From: Leucoraja erinacea
Lineage: Eukaryota
DNA: 64,000 nt
Reading direction: 5' to 3'
Assembly: GCF_028641065.1 (NCBI RefSeq)
Contig: NC_073410.1
Span: 7,378,001-7,442,000 of the forward strand
This document shows positions 50,484-62,285 of the stretch, piece after piece; positions within the stretch are counted from its first letter, which is position 1, and every line of letters starts with the position of its first letter. Under the pieces are notes generated by a model. The model ran no database searches. It was not told the origin of the DNA and saw only the letters and a program-made list of their open reading frames with translations. A program made the position numbers and the translations under genes.

Positions 50484-50810
50484 CATGACATGCTGTGCAT
50501 TGCTTTCTCCACTATAATATTCCCGTTCATCCTCATTTATAATGAAGAACAACTCTAGCAACAAGATACAAGATACATTTATTCGTCACATGTGCCAGAT
50601 GGCACAGTGAAATGAAATTCCCATACAGCCATACAATAAAAATAAAGGACACGACACACAATAGAATTGAACATAAAACATCCCCACACAGCAGAATCAG
50701 AGTTTCCCCACTGTGTGGGAAGGCACCAAAGTTTCCCAGCGTTGTTCTTCATGGTAAATGGGGGTGAAGAGGAATATTAAAATGGAGGAAGCAATACACA
50801 GCTTGACATG
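50484..50810. repeat. Old 75-bp inverted repeat with a retroposon tail (~50560-50735, -) in the loop
   Basis: Arms 50484-50558 and 50736-50810 are ungapped complements, about 61/75 by hand count. Confidence 0.8.
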
Positions 50811-53800
50811 GATTATTATCTGAATACAATTATTTACAAAAACTACAAGGATAGATGATTAATTACAAAGTTTACAGTACAATCATTAGATCAATTATTT
50901 ACAGTCTGGGCCTGTAAAGAATCAGTACAACTTCTCTTGTTCTGCCAGGTGGCTTTTCCTGGTATATGACATTGGTACACAGAAGCTAACATGTACAAGC
51001 ACATTGAACAAGAAGAACTCTTTCAAATACCCAAATGTAAACAAGACCAGCTGAATGACAATCCTACTAATCTGCCTAATGATGAATACTGATGTTAAGT
51101 GGATCTCTCTACAAATGGCAACTGAATAAAGCAAACATTATCACAAGTAGAGGTTTAATCAGAATGAGTTTTTTTTTTGTTTGATGAAGACAATGTTTTC
51201 AGCTTTAAGGAAGTGCGATTCTTACTTAACATTTAAAAATGGTTACAAGTGCATAAATATCAATTCCAACATTGTACAGCTTGGTTAATGGATGTTGACG
51301 GGCATCATGAAGAAAGAGGATGGGCAAAGCTTTATTAACTCATTGGTAAAACTTGCAAGAATTGCCTCGGCTGCTTCTGGCAAATATGTGCCTAATTGTT
51401 GCATCCATAATAAGTTGCTATGGTACAGTACATTATTTGTCATGTGTACTGAGGTACAGTGAAATTCATTTTTGTTTACAGTTCAGTACAATATCACTCT
51501 ATATAAGCACTTAGACACATCTTAGATAAGCATCTCAGATATAGTACATGTGTACAGCAGTAGTTAGTGCTGACTTTGTTTTGGTTTCCACAGATACAAC
51601 CTCAGATGGCTTGACCATTGATCGTTGATCAATCAGTGGCCAAAGAGTCATAGAGTGATACAGTGTGGAAACAGACCATTCAACCTGACTTGCTCAACAT
51701 GTCCCAGCTACACTAGTCCCACCTGCCCACGTTTGGTCCATATTCCCCCCCCCCCCCAAACCTGTCCTATCCATGTCCCCATCTAACTGTTTCTTAAGCG
51801 ATGTGATGGTCCCTGCCTCAACTACATCCTCTGGCAGCTTGTTCCGTACACCCACCACCCTTTGTGTGAAAAGTTTACCTATTCATTCCTAAGTTAACCT
51901 ATTAATTAATCAATCAGATGCTTATTAAGATGGCACCTCGCCACCACCTTCTGAAAGACACTTGGGTATGGACAATATCACCACAATTCACACCCGCCTC
52001 AACACACCCAGTATTATTCATCACAGACAGTACACTATCTCGGTGTTGTCTGCTCACATGACCAATTTGCAGGGTTATTTCTAGTCCTCCGGAACAGCGT
52101 GAGCATCCAACAAGACCTCTGTGCTCTACTCAATCACTTGCCTTTCATCGATCGTGGCCACCCTTGGGGACCGCGAGTTTTTCACTGGAGTCCCGGAGAG
52201 TCCCAAACTGAGTCCCTTATCAAAGTGGCCCAAAACCTCCAGACCACAATTTGCAGTATCACAGACAGTCTTTTATACCACCTGTGTGTGTTGCACACGT
52301 ATCTTCTATTTTTGTAGTCTTTTTTTTCCTTTTACCATCTAGCAACATTTTATGTACAACTTATATTTTTGTGTGTCATCTTTGTGCCCGAGACACCGCT
52401 ACGAGTTGAACTTTAATTGACCTGTACCTTACCGCACTTGTGCTTATGACAATGGACTCGGTTTGATTGTTGGACACTACTCATCACACCCACTAGCTTG
52501 TGGAAAGGAAACTTTCCTTCAACTGTACTCTAACTTTTCAATCTTAAGCCCGATAGTTGCTTCAGAACTGTCAGGAAACAAAGAAAAACTAACAAATCCC
52601 TCAGTTCACCTTGTCATTTAGACGTAAAATAGAAAGCTATTAAACGGTTGCTTCCATCTATGTGAATTAAGAAGGATGATAACAATGCTGGCTGCTGTAA
52701 ACTTTCGATGGCTATGCCTCAATATTATTATACACAGGTTCCTCGGTTTCCATGACAATCTACTTCTCGATAATCCCGCAGCAATAACATTGCAGTCATC
52801 AAAGGCTGCCAGTGGATTACAGTTCAAGACACTCAGCTCAGGGGAAAGTCATTCACAGTGAAGTGTGGGAGAGATTTCGGATGGGGAGGGTAAAGCAGGC
52901 AGCAATCTGTGAGATTCCCAGTCTCTTCCTCTTTCCCAGCCGGGGAAAAGAGAAACAACATTCACAGGACAAAATAAAGATGACAACATTTAGAAAAGCA
53001 CTTACTGTACGTTTGAAGTAGGCCACTGGATGACAGAGATGCAGGAGTGATTGTCCAAATGAATCTAGCCACTGCCCAGAATGGGTAGTTGCAACATACA
53101 CGTCTTGTTTGCAGAGTTTGGGATGCCACCCAAGTCTGGATTAAATGTCTGCCTTGCATTGATTCCCAGGTACCAATGAGTAGCCTCTCTGTTGATAAAT
53201 GCAGTGCACTATTAATATAGTACAGTGGCCACAGGCAAAACCTTAGCATACCTGCCATCTGGCATTAGATTCAAGGATCTGTGTAAGAAGGAACGGCAGA
53301 TGCTGGTTTATACCGAAGATAGACACAAAGCGCTGGAGTAACTCAGCGGGTCAAGCAGCATCTCTGGGTGACAATACTGGTTGGGATCCTTCTTCAGATA
53401 TCAAGGATCTGTATTCCATTCCCCAAAAACACTAATTCCACATTGGAACATTTCCAAGCAATAACTGACAGTCACTGTTGCATACTCACTGGCTCAGCAT
53501 TGCAGAAAGTAAGAAGATCTCGATGTGGTCTAACTTACCCAAACCCTAATCAGCAATAATGTTTTCAGCTGCAGCACACATATCTGTTTTACTGATTATC
53601 CCAAATAGCTCGACAGCTAAGCACTTACCTTTCCAATTAAGACAATTACAACAAGGTGTCACACATTATTTTAAACTTGCTGGGCAGATGAGTCAAATCA
53701 ACAATGCCTTGAAGTGATTTCAGGAGAGGAACACATTCCAATTAAACTTATCAGCCAACATTTGCCACTGAGCCACATGAGAGGATGAAACAGAGCCGAA

Positions 53801-53929
53801 AAGGGGAAGAAGATTTTAAACAGCTGTTCTGCAGAGGCAGAGTTTGCAGCATTTTCAGTTTGGGAAATCTGAAACAAATGCTGGAATATCTGGGTTATAT
53901 TTTTGGAGAGAGAAACAGATTAAATTTAC

Positions 53930-54263
53930 GGTTAGTTCAGTTAAGCTTGGAGATACCGTGCGGAAACAGGCCCTTCGGCCCACCGTGCTGGCGCCAGCCA
54001 GCGATTCCCACACATTAACACCCTCCAACACACACACACACACACACAAGGGACAATTTACACTTATACCGAGTATACAAACCCAGGCCAATTGACCTAT
54101 AAACCTGTACATCTTTGGAGTGTGTGAAGATCTCGGAGAAAATGCACGCAGTCACGGGGAGAACGTACAAACTCCGTACAGACAGCACCCATAGTTGGGA
54201 TCGAACCCGCATTAGTGGTGCTGCAAGCGCTGTAAGGCAGCAACTCTACCACTGTGCTGCCCG
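53930..54263 (-). mobile_element. HE1-like V-SINE
   Basis: Full reverse copy with an internal (CA)n expansion. Confidence 0.85.
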
Positions 54264-54354
54264 TTCTGAAAAAGGCCATTAAAGTGAGACTTTATCTCAT
54301 CATGCTTGTTTGTTTTCCTGAAGATGTGGGAGTCATTCTACAGCTTTTCAGTTA

Positions 54355-55465
54355 TAGTTTCATATAGCATGGAAATGGGACCTTCGGCCAAACATTCAGA
54401 TGCTGACCAACATGCCCCTTTACGCTCGTCCCACCTGCCTGCATTCAGTCCATATCCTCTAAACCTTTCCTGTCCAAATGTGTTTTTCAATGCTATCGTC
54501 CCTGCCTCAACCACCTCCTCTGGCAGTTTGTTCCTTTTATCCACCACCCCCTGTGCAAAACAATGTCTCTTGGGTTCCGGGTAAATCTATCCCCTGTCAC
54601 TTTAAACCTATGTCCTCTGGTTCTGATTCCCTTACTCGGGGTAAAGGCCTCATGATCTTGTACACCTCTATAGGATCGCCCCTCATTCTACCGTGCTCCA
54701 AGGAATAAAGTCCTAGCTTGCCCTACCTCTCCCTGTAGCTCAGGACTTCAAGTCCTAGCACCGACCTCGTAAATCTTCTCGGCATTCTTTCCAGCGTTCA
54801 TTCTGCATAAGATCATAGCAGCTGAGAGCACCAAGGGATGTGGGAGCAGCCAACACCTCACTTACTTAGCTGCTGTAGAGACCTCATGGCTACCTTCACC
54901 AACATGAGATCACAATAGGCTTGAGGTTTAGAAACAAAGAAACATAGAAAATAGGTGCAGGAGGACGGCCATTCGGCCCTTCGAGCCAGCACCGCCATTC
55001 ATTGTGATCATGGCTGATCGTCCCCTATCAATAAACCGTTCCTGCCTTCTCCCCATATCCCTTGACTCCACTAGCCCCTTCCAATGTTGTACTAAGGAAG
55101 TGTTGCATAGTGTGAAGTGGCATCTCATAGAGTCTTACAGCATGGAAACAGGCCCTTTGGCCCAACTCGTCCATGTTGGCCAACATACCCCATCTAAACT
55201 AGTCCCACCTGCCTGCTTTTGGGCCATATCCCTCTAAACCTACCCTAACCATGTCTAAATATTTCTTAACCTTTGTGATAGTACCTGCCTCAACTACCTC
55301 CTCTGGCAGCTTGTTCCATAGACCCACCACCCTTTGTATAAAAAAAAGTTACTCCTCAGGTTCCCATTAAATATCCTCCCCCCGCTCCCCCCTCCACCTT
55401 AATCCCATGTCTTCTGGTTCTCAATTCCCTTACGCTGGGCAAAATACTCAAAAGACTGTGCGTTT
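54355..55465 (-). mobile_element. Cluster of CR1/HER1-type 3' fragments
   Basis: Tails at ~54355-54800, ~54925-55080, ~55125-55465 (LPEEVVEAGTI motif). Confidence 0.7.
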
Positions 55466-56193
55466 ATGAAATATTGAGGTGGGGATAATCGACGCATGGA
55501 AATCATTTTAAAGGTGGCAGGGTAGTTCTTGATTAATATGTAACCCCAAATCACTAAAACATATTGTTTTATATCATGTTGCATTTTGTGCAGGGCATGT
55601 TGAATGGAAATCAGATTCCATTATAACAGTAACTGAGCTTAAAAAGTATTGCATTTGGTTTAAAGTGATTTGAAAATCTCAAGTCCGTTTAAAACCAGGA
55701 AAGTTATTTTTTTTTACCTGAAGAGTTTCTTACATAGATTTTTTAATGAGATTTTCACCTCGAGAGTCAAACCAATTTGTGAATTGCTTGTTCCTTGGTT
55801 CCCACTTGGAGGTAGATTGAGTCCGACAGCATTGGCAACATTCAACATTCATGGCAACACGAGGGAGGCTCCCCATTCAAAGGTCTACTGTGCAACAAAA
55901 TAATGTATTTCTTTCCTCTGCTATTAATGCTGCATGAACCAGCCCAAAGTGAACAAAAGGCAAGACTACAAGGGGAGATTCAATTAACATTCACGAACCA
56001 CTCCAGTAACAATATCTTCATGTATGGGATTGGCTGAAATATTGAACTCGATTGCGGCTCTTGTAGTTCTGGAGGGTCAGAAGTTCGTGGCTTTGAACTG
56101 AGCAAAAGGACGTTAGGAATAATCTCAGGTGACATTCCAGTGAACCGAGAGGGTACCCTGTCCCACTAACGTGACTTTTCAGTGACACACACA

Positions 56194-56394
56194 NNNNNNN
56201 NNNNNNNNNNNNNNNNNNNNNNNNNNNNNNNNNNNNNNNNNNNNNNNNNNNNNNNNNNNNNNNNNNNNNNNNNNNNNNNNNNNNNNNNNNNNNNNNNNNN
56301 NNNNNNNNNNNNNNNNNNNNNNNNNNNNNNNNNNNNNNNNNNNNNNNNNNNNNNNNNNNNNNNNNNNNNNNNNNNNNNNNNNNNNNNNNNNNNN
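56194..56394. other. Assembly gap (201 N)
   Basis: Run of N next to (CA)n. Confidence 1.
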
Positions 56395-56435
56395 CATACA
56401 CGGGATCAAACCAAGCACACTCACACACACTGTAA

Positions 56436-56634
56436 AGGTCCTGTCCCACTTGGGCATAATTTGTGAGTAATTTACTCGACATCATTTATACGTCACGACA
56501 CGCGCGCCATGCCGCGCACGTGATGTGCGTTACGCGCGCATTGTGCGTGGTGACGTAGGCAGTGACGAGCGGTCGTGCGCGGAGCCCCAGGATTTGGAAT
56601 GACGCGCAAATGACGCCCAAGTGGGACAGGCCCT
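56436..56634. mobile_element. Harbinger-type MITE (199 bp, CpG-rich)
   Basis: AGGTCCTGTCCCACTTGGGC / GCCCAAGTGGGACAGGCCCT; TAA TSD at 56433-56435 and 56635-56637; inserted in the SINE-head sequence CTGTAAGGCA. Confidence 0.88.
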
Positions 56635-57207
56635 TAAGGCAAACATCTCTACTCCTGTACCACTGTGCCGAATGAAATTGCCGTTTTATGTTACCCAGGA
56701 ATTATGTGTTTCAATTGAAATCCGTTTTAAGGTGATTGCCTTTTCTTATATTGAACTTTTCACGCTGATTGCTTGTGATGTGGCGATAAGCCTGTAGAAC
56801 ACACAGAGCCGGATAGAAAATCCAGTCACAATTCATCCCCTCAATTCATTTTGAGAGTTAAAATCTAATAGTTACAGATCTAGATTGGCAGATTTCCCCT
56901 GTGAGTAGGGTGTAGCCATATCACTGATGCATTGGTGGAGCAGTTTAGGGTATTGGCACCTCACTCTCTGTTGCAGTCTTTGTACGTTGAAATTAAAATC
57001 ATAAAAACCTGTAGACTTGCCTGCAAACTGCTCGGAACAAATGTACATCTTAGTGCAAAGGAGCAATTTTCACATTCTAAAATAACTTCCGTGATTCAAT
57101 CAGGTCTTGTAAAAAAACCCATCGTCAGATAAATACAGCGTTTTAACTAACCACATGAAAGGTGACTCCATTAATGTCTTTGTCTTAAACTTTCTCATGG
57201 TATCACC

Positions 57208-57208
<1 letters not shown>

Positions 57209-57248
<40 letters not shown>
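57209..57248. repeat. Poly-C run (40 nt)
   Basis: Direct. Confidence 0.9.
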
Positions 57249-57250
<2 letters not shown>

Positions 57251-57707
57251 GCCCCTCCTGTGACCTCCCCCCCTTGCCAAAATGCCCATTCTATTCTTGA
57301 ACCCTTTGATCAGAAGAGGGCTACACAGCCTGGGGGAAGATCGCCATAACAAGAGATGAGGATTCATTTATTTGGCTGGCTTAATGTCACTCCCAATCTG
57401 TTTGATTCATGCCAGAAGCTGAAAGCGTACAAGGGGGATGAACAACCTTCTCCGTGACAGCTCCGAATAACAGGCCTCTGCGTGATGTCTCTATAGGTCA
57501 AAGTAGACCTTGAACATGTTGCTTGCTTCAGAATACATTAGGAATCTTAATACGGTAGAACACAACATGCTATTCTGGTTACATTTTTATTGGAACCAGA
57601 ATTGGCAATTCTATCCTCACACTGGTCTACAGTATCTCACGGTAGGATGGAATAAATACAGGAGAGAGAGTAAGATATGCTGCATTTACATCATATTTTC
57701 TGCAGAA

Positions 57708-57999
57708 CAGTGGCGCAGCGGCAGAGACCTGGGTTCGATCCCGACTACGGGTGCTTGTCTGTACGGAGTTTGTACATTCTCCCCATGACCTGTGTGGGTT
57801 TTCTCCGGGATCTCCGGTTTCCTCCCACACTCCAAAGACGTACAGGTTTGCAGGCTAATTGTCTCGGTAAGATTGTAAATTGTCCCTATTGTGTGTAGGA
57901 TAGTGTTAGTGCGCGGGAATCACTGGCCGATGAGGACTCTGTGGGCCGAAGGACCTGTTTCCGCGCTGTATCTCAAAACTAAACTAAACTAAGCTAAAC
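57708..57999 (+). mobile_element. HE1-like V-SINE
   Basis: Head with internal deletion, V domain, TAAAC tail. Confidence 0.85.
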
Positions 58000-58689
58000 T
58001 TTCTCCTTAGGGTCTACTGGACTACTGCACACATCGAAACACAAGAAGTATATGGTGCGGAGAGGCAGCATGGAAGCAAAGCCAAGCCAAAGGGATCACT
58101 CATAGGATGGAGAGGGGCCGGGGGAATGAATTTAAAAGTCGAGCCAGGCTGTTCAGGGACAATTGACACATACACAAGGGATTGTGGTGAACTGAACTCT
58201 TTCCTCTCAAGAAGCTTGATACAATCCAGGGGCAAAGCTATCTGGGCAGGTCGATGGATAGGAAATGTTTAGCGGGATATGGGCCATATGTGGGCAAATG
58301 GAACGAGTTTAGATGGGCCATCTTGGGCGAGTTGGGCCAAAGGACCTGTTTCCAGGCTGTGACGCTATAACTTGTTTGGCCTTCCACCACACTTTCTCAG
58401 ATCGGGCAACGTGGTAAATATAAGAGAGAATTCTGGTTTCAAGCAAGATATAACCCATAATGAATAATGCAAGTACCCTCCGCTGCATGGTGTGCCACTG
58501 CATCTGCTCTGCAAGACTCTTTCTGCAGTGCCTCCGCAGCTTGAACCCATCTACAGGACAGGACACCAAGGACAGGGCTGTGTGAAAGATATTTAACAAT
58601 TTAATCCAGGTAATTCGCACACAGAAAATATCTCTGAACTGTCATTGTTTTGCGTAACCTTTCCATCCATCCGAGTAAGTATAGAAAGC

Positions 58690-58945
58690 ATCCTGCCGGG
58701 TTGCATCCCAGCTCAGTTCGGGAACAGCTCTGTCCAAGATGCCTAGAAATTGCAGAGTTGTGCAGGTAGCTGAGTCCATTACACGGACCAGACCTCCCAC
58801 CTTCGACAATATCTGACACTGCATGTTGGCTCGGAGAAGCAGCCAACATAATCGGCGATCTGTCCCACCCCAGCCATTCCTCCTCCTTATTCCTCGCTTC
58901 AATGTGCGCAGGAACAGCTTCTTCCCCTGTCAGGCTTTTGAATAT
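58690..58945 (+). mobile_element. Rex1/Babar-type LINE fragment
   Basis: IESILPGCIPAQFGNSSVQDA*KLQSCA and HPSHS...RNSFFP motifs. Confidence 0.65.
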
Positions 58946-59044
58946 AAGGTCCATAAGACAGGGTATTGTCTAATTCTCCTCCACCCCATTGTGGACATTA
59001 GACATTGGCCATAGAGCTGGTGTGATACAATGCTGAGAACTATA

Positions 59045-59310
59045 TTCGCACCACCCGGCGTGGCTTTAATGGCCGCGGGACAATCGCCATCGCCAGCCGG
59101 GGGCTTTGACTTTGACTCTGACATCGGGGGGGGGAGAGTGCAGTGGAGAGATACTTTTTTTTGGCCTTCCATCACAGCGATGTGATGGATGTTTATGTAA
59201 ATTATGTTGTGTCTTGGGTCTATTTGTTTGTAATGTATGGCTGCAGAAACGGCATTTCGTTTGGACCTCAAGGGGTCCAAATGACAATTAAATTGAATCT
59301 TGAATCTTGA
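59045..59310 (+). mobile_element. Young retroposon 3' end with (TTGAATC)n tail
   Basis: CpG-rich 5' part; the last ~150 bp appear identical to 60851-61005. Confidence 0.75.
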
Positions 59311-59971
59311 TTCTGCATTCTGTATCTTTCTGTATCTTTCCCCTTTGCTCTCCTTACTGAATTTGACAAGGTTGTATCTGATCTGTTTGCAAAATATAGC
59401 TATTTGCTGTACCTCAGTACAAGGGGTAATGATAATGAACCGAAACCTGAACTTAAAGCTTAGTTTAATATCTCGTCCGAAGCAAAGGGTTAGTCGCACG
59501 GATCCAAATGGTTGCAGTATTTAGGTCAGGGTGCTGATTATCTGTGTTTGAATTTGATGAACATTGGCACTGCAATGTGGTGTTATTTTTTCCTGTCGAT
59601 CTCAGTGTTGTGTTAGATCTGAGAGCTTTTGATGCCACTATTTCAAAGGAATGCAAATGTTTCACTACTCAGTAAAAATGTTCAGCTTCTTGATGATGAC
59701 AAATGAGGAACAGGAAATACAAACGCCGACTGGCAAACTCCAGCAAATTTTCTGGTTTTATTCCAGGTGATACAAGAGTTGACCTGACGGAACGCACGTT
59801 ATTGAGGAAAACAACAAACTGCTGGAGCAGATCAGTGGGCAAGGCAACATCTGTGGGGGCAAACAGACAGATGATATTTTGGGTCAGGGTCTTCATTCTG
59901 ATTGAGTAGTGTGAAGGAAGTTGATAGAGAGAGCTATCTCTCCTACTCTGTCAGTCTGAAGTAGGGTATCA

Positions 59972-60246
59972 ACGGTAGAATTACTATCTTACAGCACCAG
60001 AGACCCTGACTGCAGCTGCATGTCTGTACGGACTTTGTACGTTCTCTCGGTGACCTGCGTGGGTTTTCTCCAAGATCTTCGGTTTCCTCCCACACTCCAA
60101 AGACGTACAGGTTTGTAGGTTAATTGGCTTGGTATAAAAGTAAAAGAATTGTCCCTAGCGTGTGTGGGATAATGTTAATGTGCGGGGATTGCAGGTTGGC
60201 GCGGACGTGGCCTGTTTCCGCGCAGTATCGCTAAACTAAACTAAAC
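59972..60246 (+). mobile_element. HE1-like V-SINE inserted in an old Penelope tail
   Basis: Splits CAGTCTGAAGTAGGGTATCAAC|CCGTAATGCTGACTGCCC. Confidence 0.8.
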
Positions 60247-60850
60247 CCGTAATGCTGACTGCCCATTTTCCCTCACCGATGCTGCCTGATCTGCTGAGTT
60301 CCTCCGATGGTTTGTTTATGCCCAAAATGTTCGCATCTGCAGTCTTCTGTGGCTCCATACATTATTGAAAGACTGGTAATGTCCACCCGCCCATTGAATC
60401 TATCATCTTCATCTGACTGGGACAGCTTTATGAATTGATATGTTCTCCCAACTTCTCTGTCTTCATCTCGTGGGCTGGCATAGTGCTGCAGCGGGTTGCG
60501 CAGCTTCAGCTACCCTGGTTTGATCCTGACCCCAAGTGCTGTCAGTGTGGAGTTTTCACGTTCTCCTTGTGACCAGAGGTCAGAGGTTGAGGGGAGACTT
60601 GATTGAAGTATGTAAAGTTATGAGAAGCCTAGATAGGATAGACAGTCAGAACCTTGTTTCCCAGGGTAGAGATCTCTAACACTAGAGGACATAGCTACCA
60701 GGTGAGAGGGGGAAAATATAATGGAGATGTGCTTGAATGCGTGCCGGTGCCGGGGCTGGTGGTAGAGGAGGAGGCAGATACGATAATGGCGTTCAAAGCT
60801 TTTAGACGGGCGCATGGATTTTCAGAGAATGAAGGGATTTGGATCACAAG

Positions 60851-61005
60851 TTTTTTTGGCCTTCCATCACAGCGATGTGATGGATGTTTATGTAAATTAT
60901 GTTGTGTCTTGGGTCTATTTGTTTGTAATGTATGGCTGCAGAAACGGCATTTCGTTTGGACCTCAAGGGGTCCAAATGACAATTAAATTGAATCTTGAAT
61001 CTTGA
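60851..61005 (+). mobile_element. Second copy of the young (TTGAATC)n-tailed retroposon, inside a CR1/HER1 tail (~60580-61095)
   Basis: Identical to 59155-59310 by eye. Confidence 0.8.
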
Positions 61006-61804
61006 ATGTAGGCAGATGAGTTCAGATATGCTAGGCATCATGTTCGGCACAAACATTGTGGGCTGAAGGGCCCGTTCCTGAGATGTATGTTCTATGATCT
61101 ATATTGATTCAGTACCCAATTTGCTAGCCTTCACTTTTGTAGCTGTTTCTTTAGATTCTTCGATGTATTTTTCTGATCCATGCTTATCCAACACTCAATA
61201 CTGTCACATTGTACTAAACGAAATACTTCTGGGGTTTTTTTTGCACTCGTTGAGACATTTATTAAGCTCATTCTCCCTTCAAGAGTGTCGAGGCAGCTCC
61301 AGCATTTTTTCCACCCATATCTCATGAGCTCTTTTAATGTGTTGGTTATAGGTTATCACTGGTTTTGGAAATAAATAGATTTTCATGAATTAATTTGTTT
61401 ACTTGACTGTGTGATATTTATCCCTACTGATTATATTTTAAGAGCATTAGACTCCTCGTGGACATTAATTACAAATAGGCCTTTAATATCCAGAGCCGTA
61501 GAATCATCAAAAAATTGTTTATCGTGGAAATTTATGGTTTAGAGAAACAATTCCCACTGTGTCTGTGCCAGTTGATCGCAACATTCATTGAAACTAATCC
61601 CACTTCCCAACGTAAGCACATATCCAAGTACTTATTAAATGTAAAGAATACTTCTGCCTCGACATCCCAAATCCTAATCACATGTTACAAACCTCTTAGA
61701 AAAATTAACTCTCGATTTTGTGATATTTCTTTTCCAAATATCTCGGTTTACAGGCATCGTGCCCATTAGGCAGATCTCCAAACACTCAACAATCACTTAA
61801 GCCT

Positions 61805-61975
61805 GAGTGTAGGAAGGAGCTACAGATTCTGGTTTAAACAGAAGATAGATACAGTACAAAAAGGTGGAGTGACTCAGCGGGTCAGGCAGCATCTTTGGAG
61901 AAAAGGAATATGTGACGTTTCGGGTCGAGGAACGAAGAAGGGTCTCGACCCGAAACGTCATCTATTCCTTTTCTT
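61805..61975. mobile_element. Fold-back Penelope-tail element
   Basis: GACGTTTCGGGTCGAG-GAAC-GAAGAAGGGTCTCGACCCGAAACGTC junction. Confidence 0.8.
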
Positions 61976-61977
61976 TT

Positions 61978-62285
61978 AGTTTAGTTTGGTTTAGAGATAC
62001 AGGGCTCAATCGCCCACCGAGCCCACACCGACCAACAATCCCCGCTCATTAACACTATCCTTCACACAACAGGGACAATTTTACATTTATACCAAACCAA
62101 TTAGCGTACAAACCTGTACGTCTTTGGAGTGTGGGAGGAAACCAAAGATCTCAGAGAAAACACACGTGGTCACAGGGAGAACGCCCAAACTCCGTACAGA
62201 CAAGCACACGTAGTCGGGCTTGAACCTGGGTCTCTGGGGCTGTATGCACTGTAAGGCATCAACTCTACCCCTGTGCCACTGTGTC
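61978..62285 (-). mobile_element. HE1-like V-SINE
   Basis: Full reverse copy. Confidence 0.85.
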
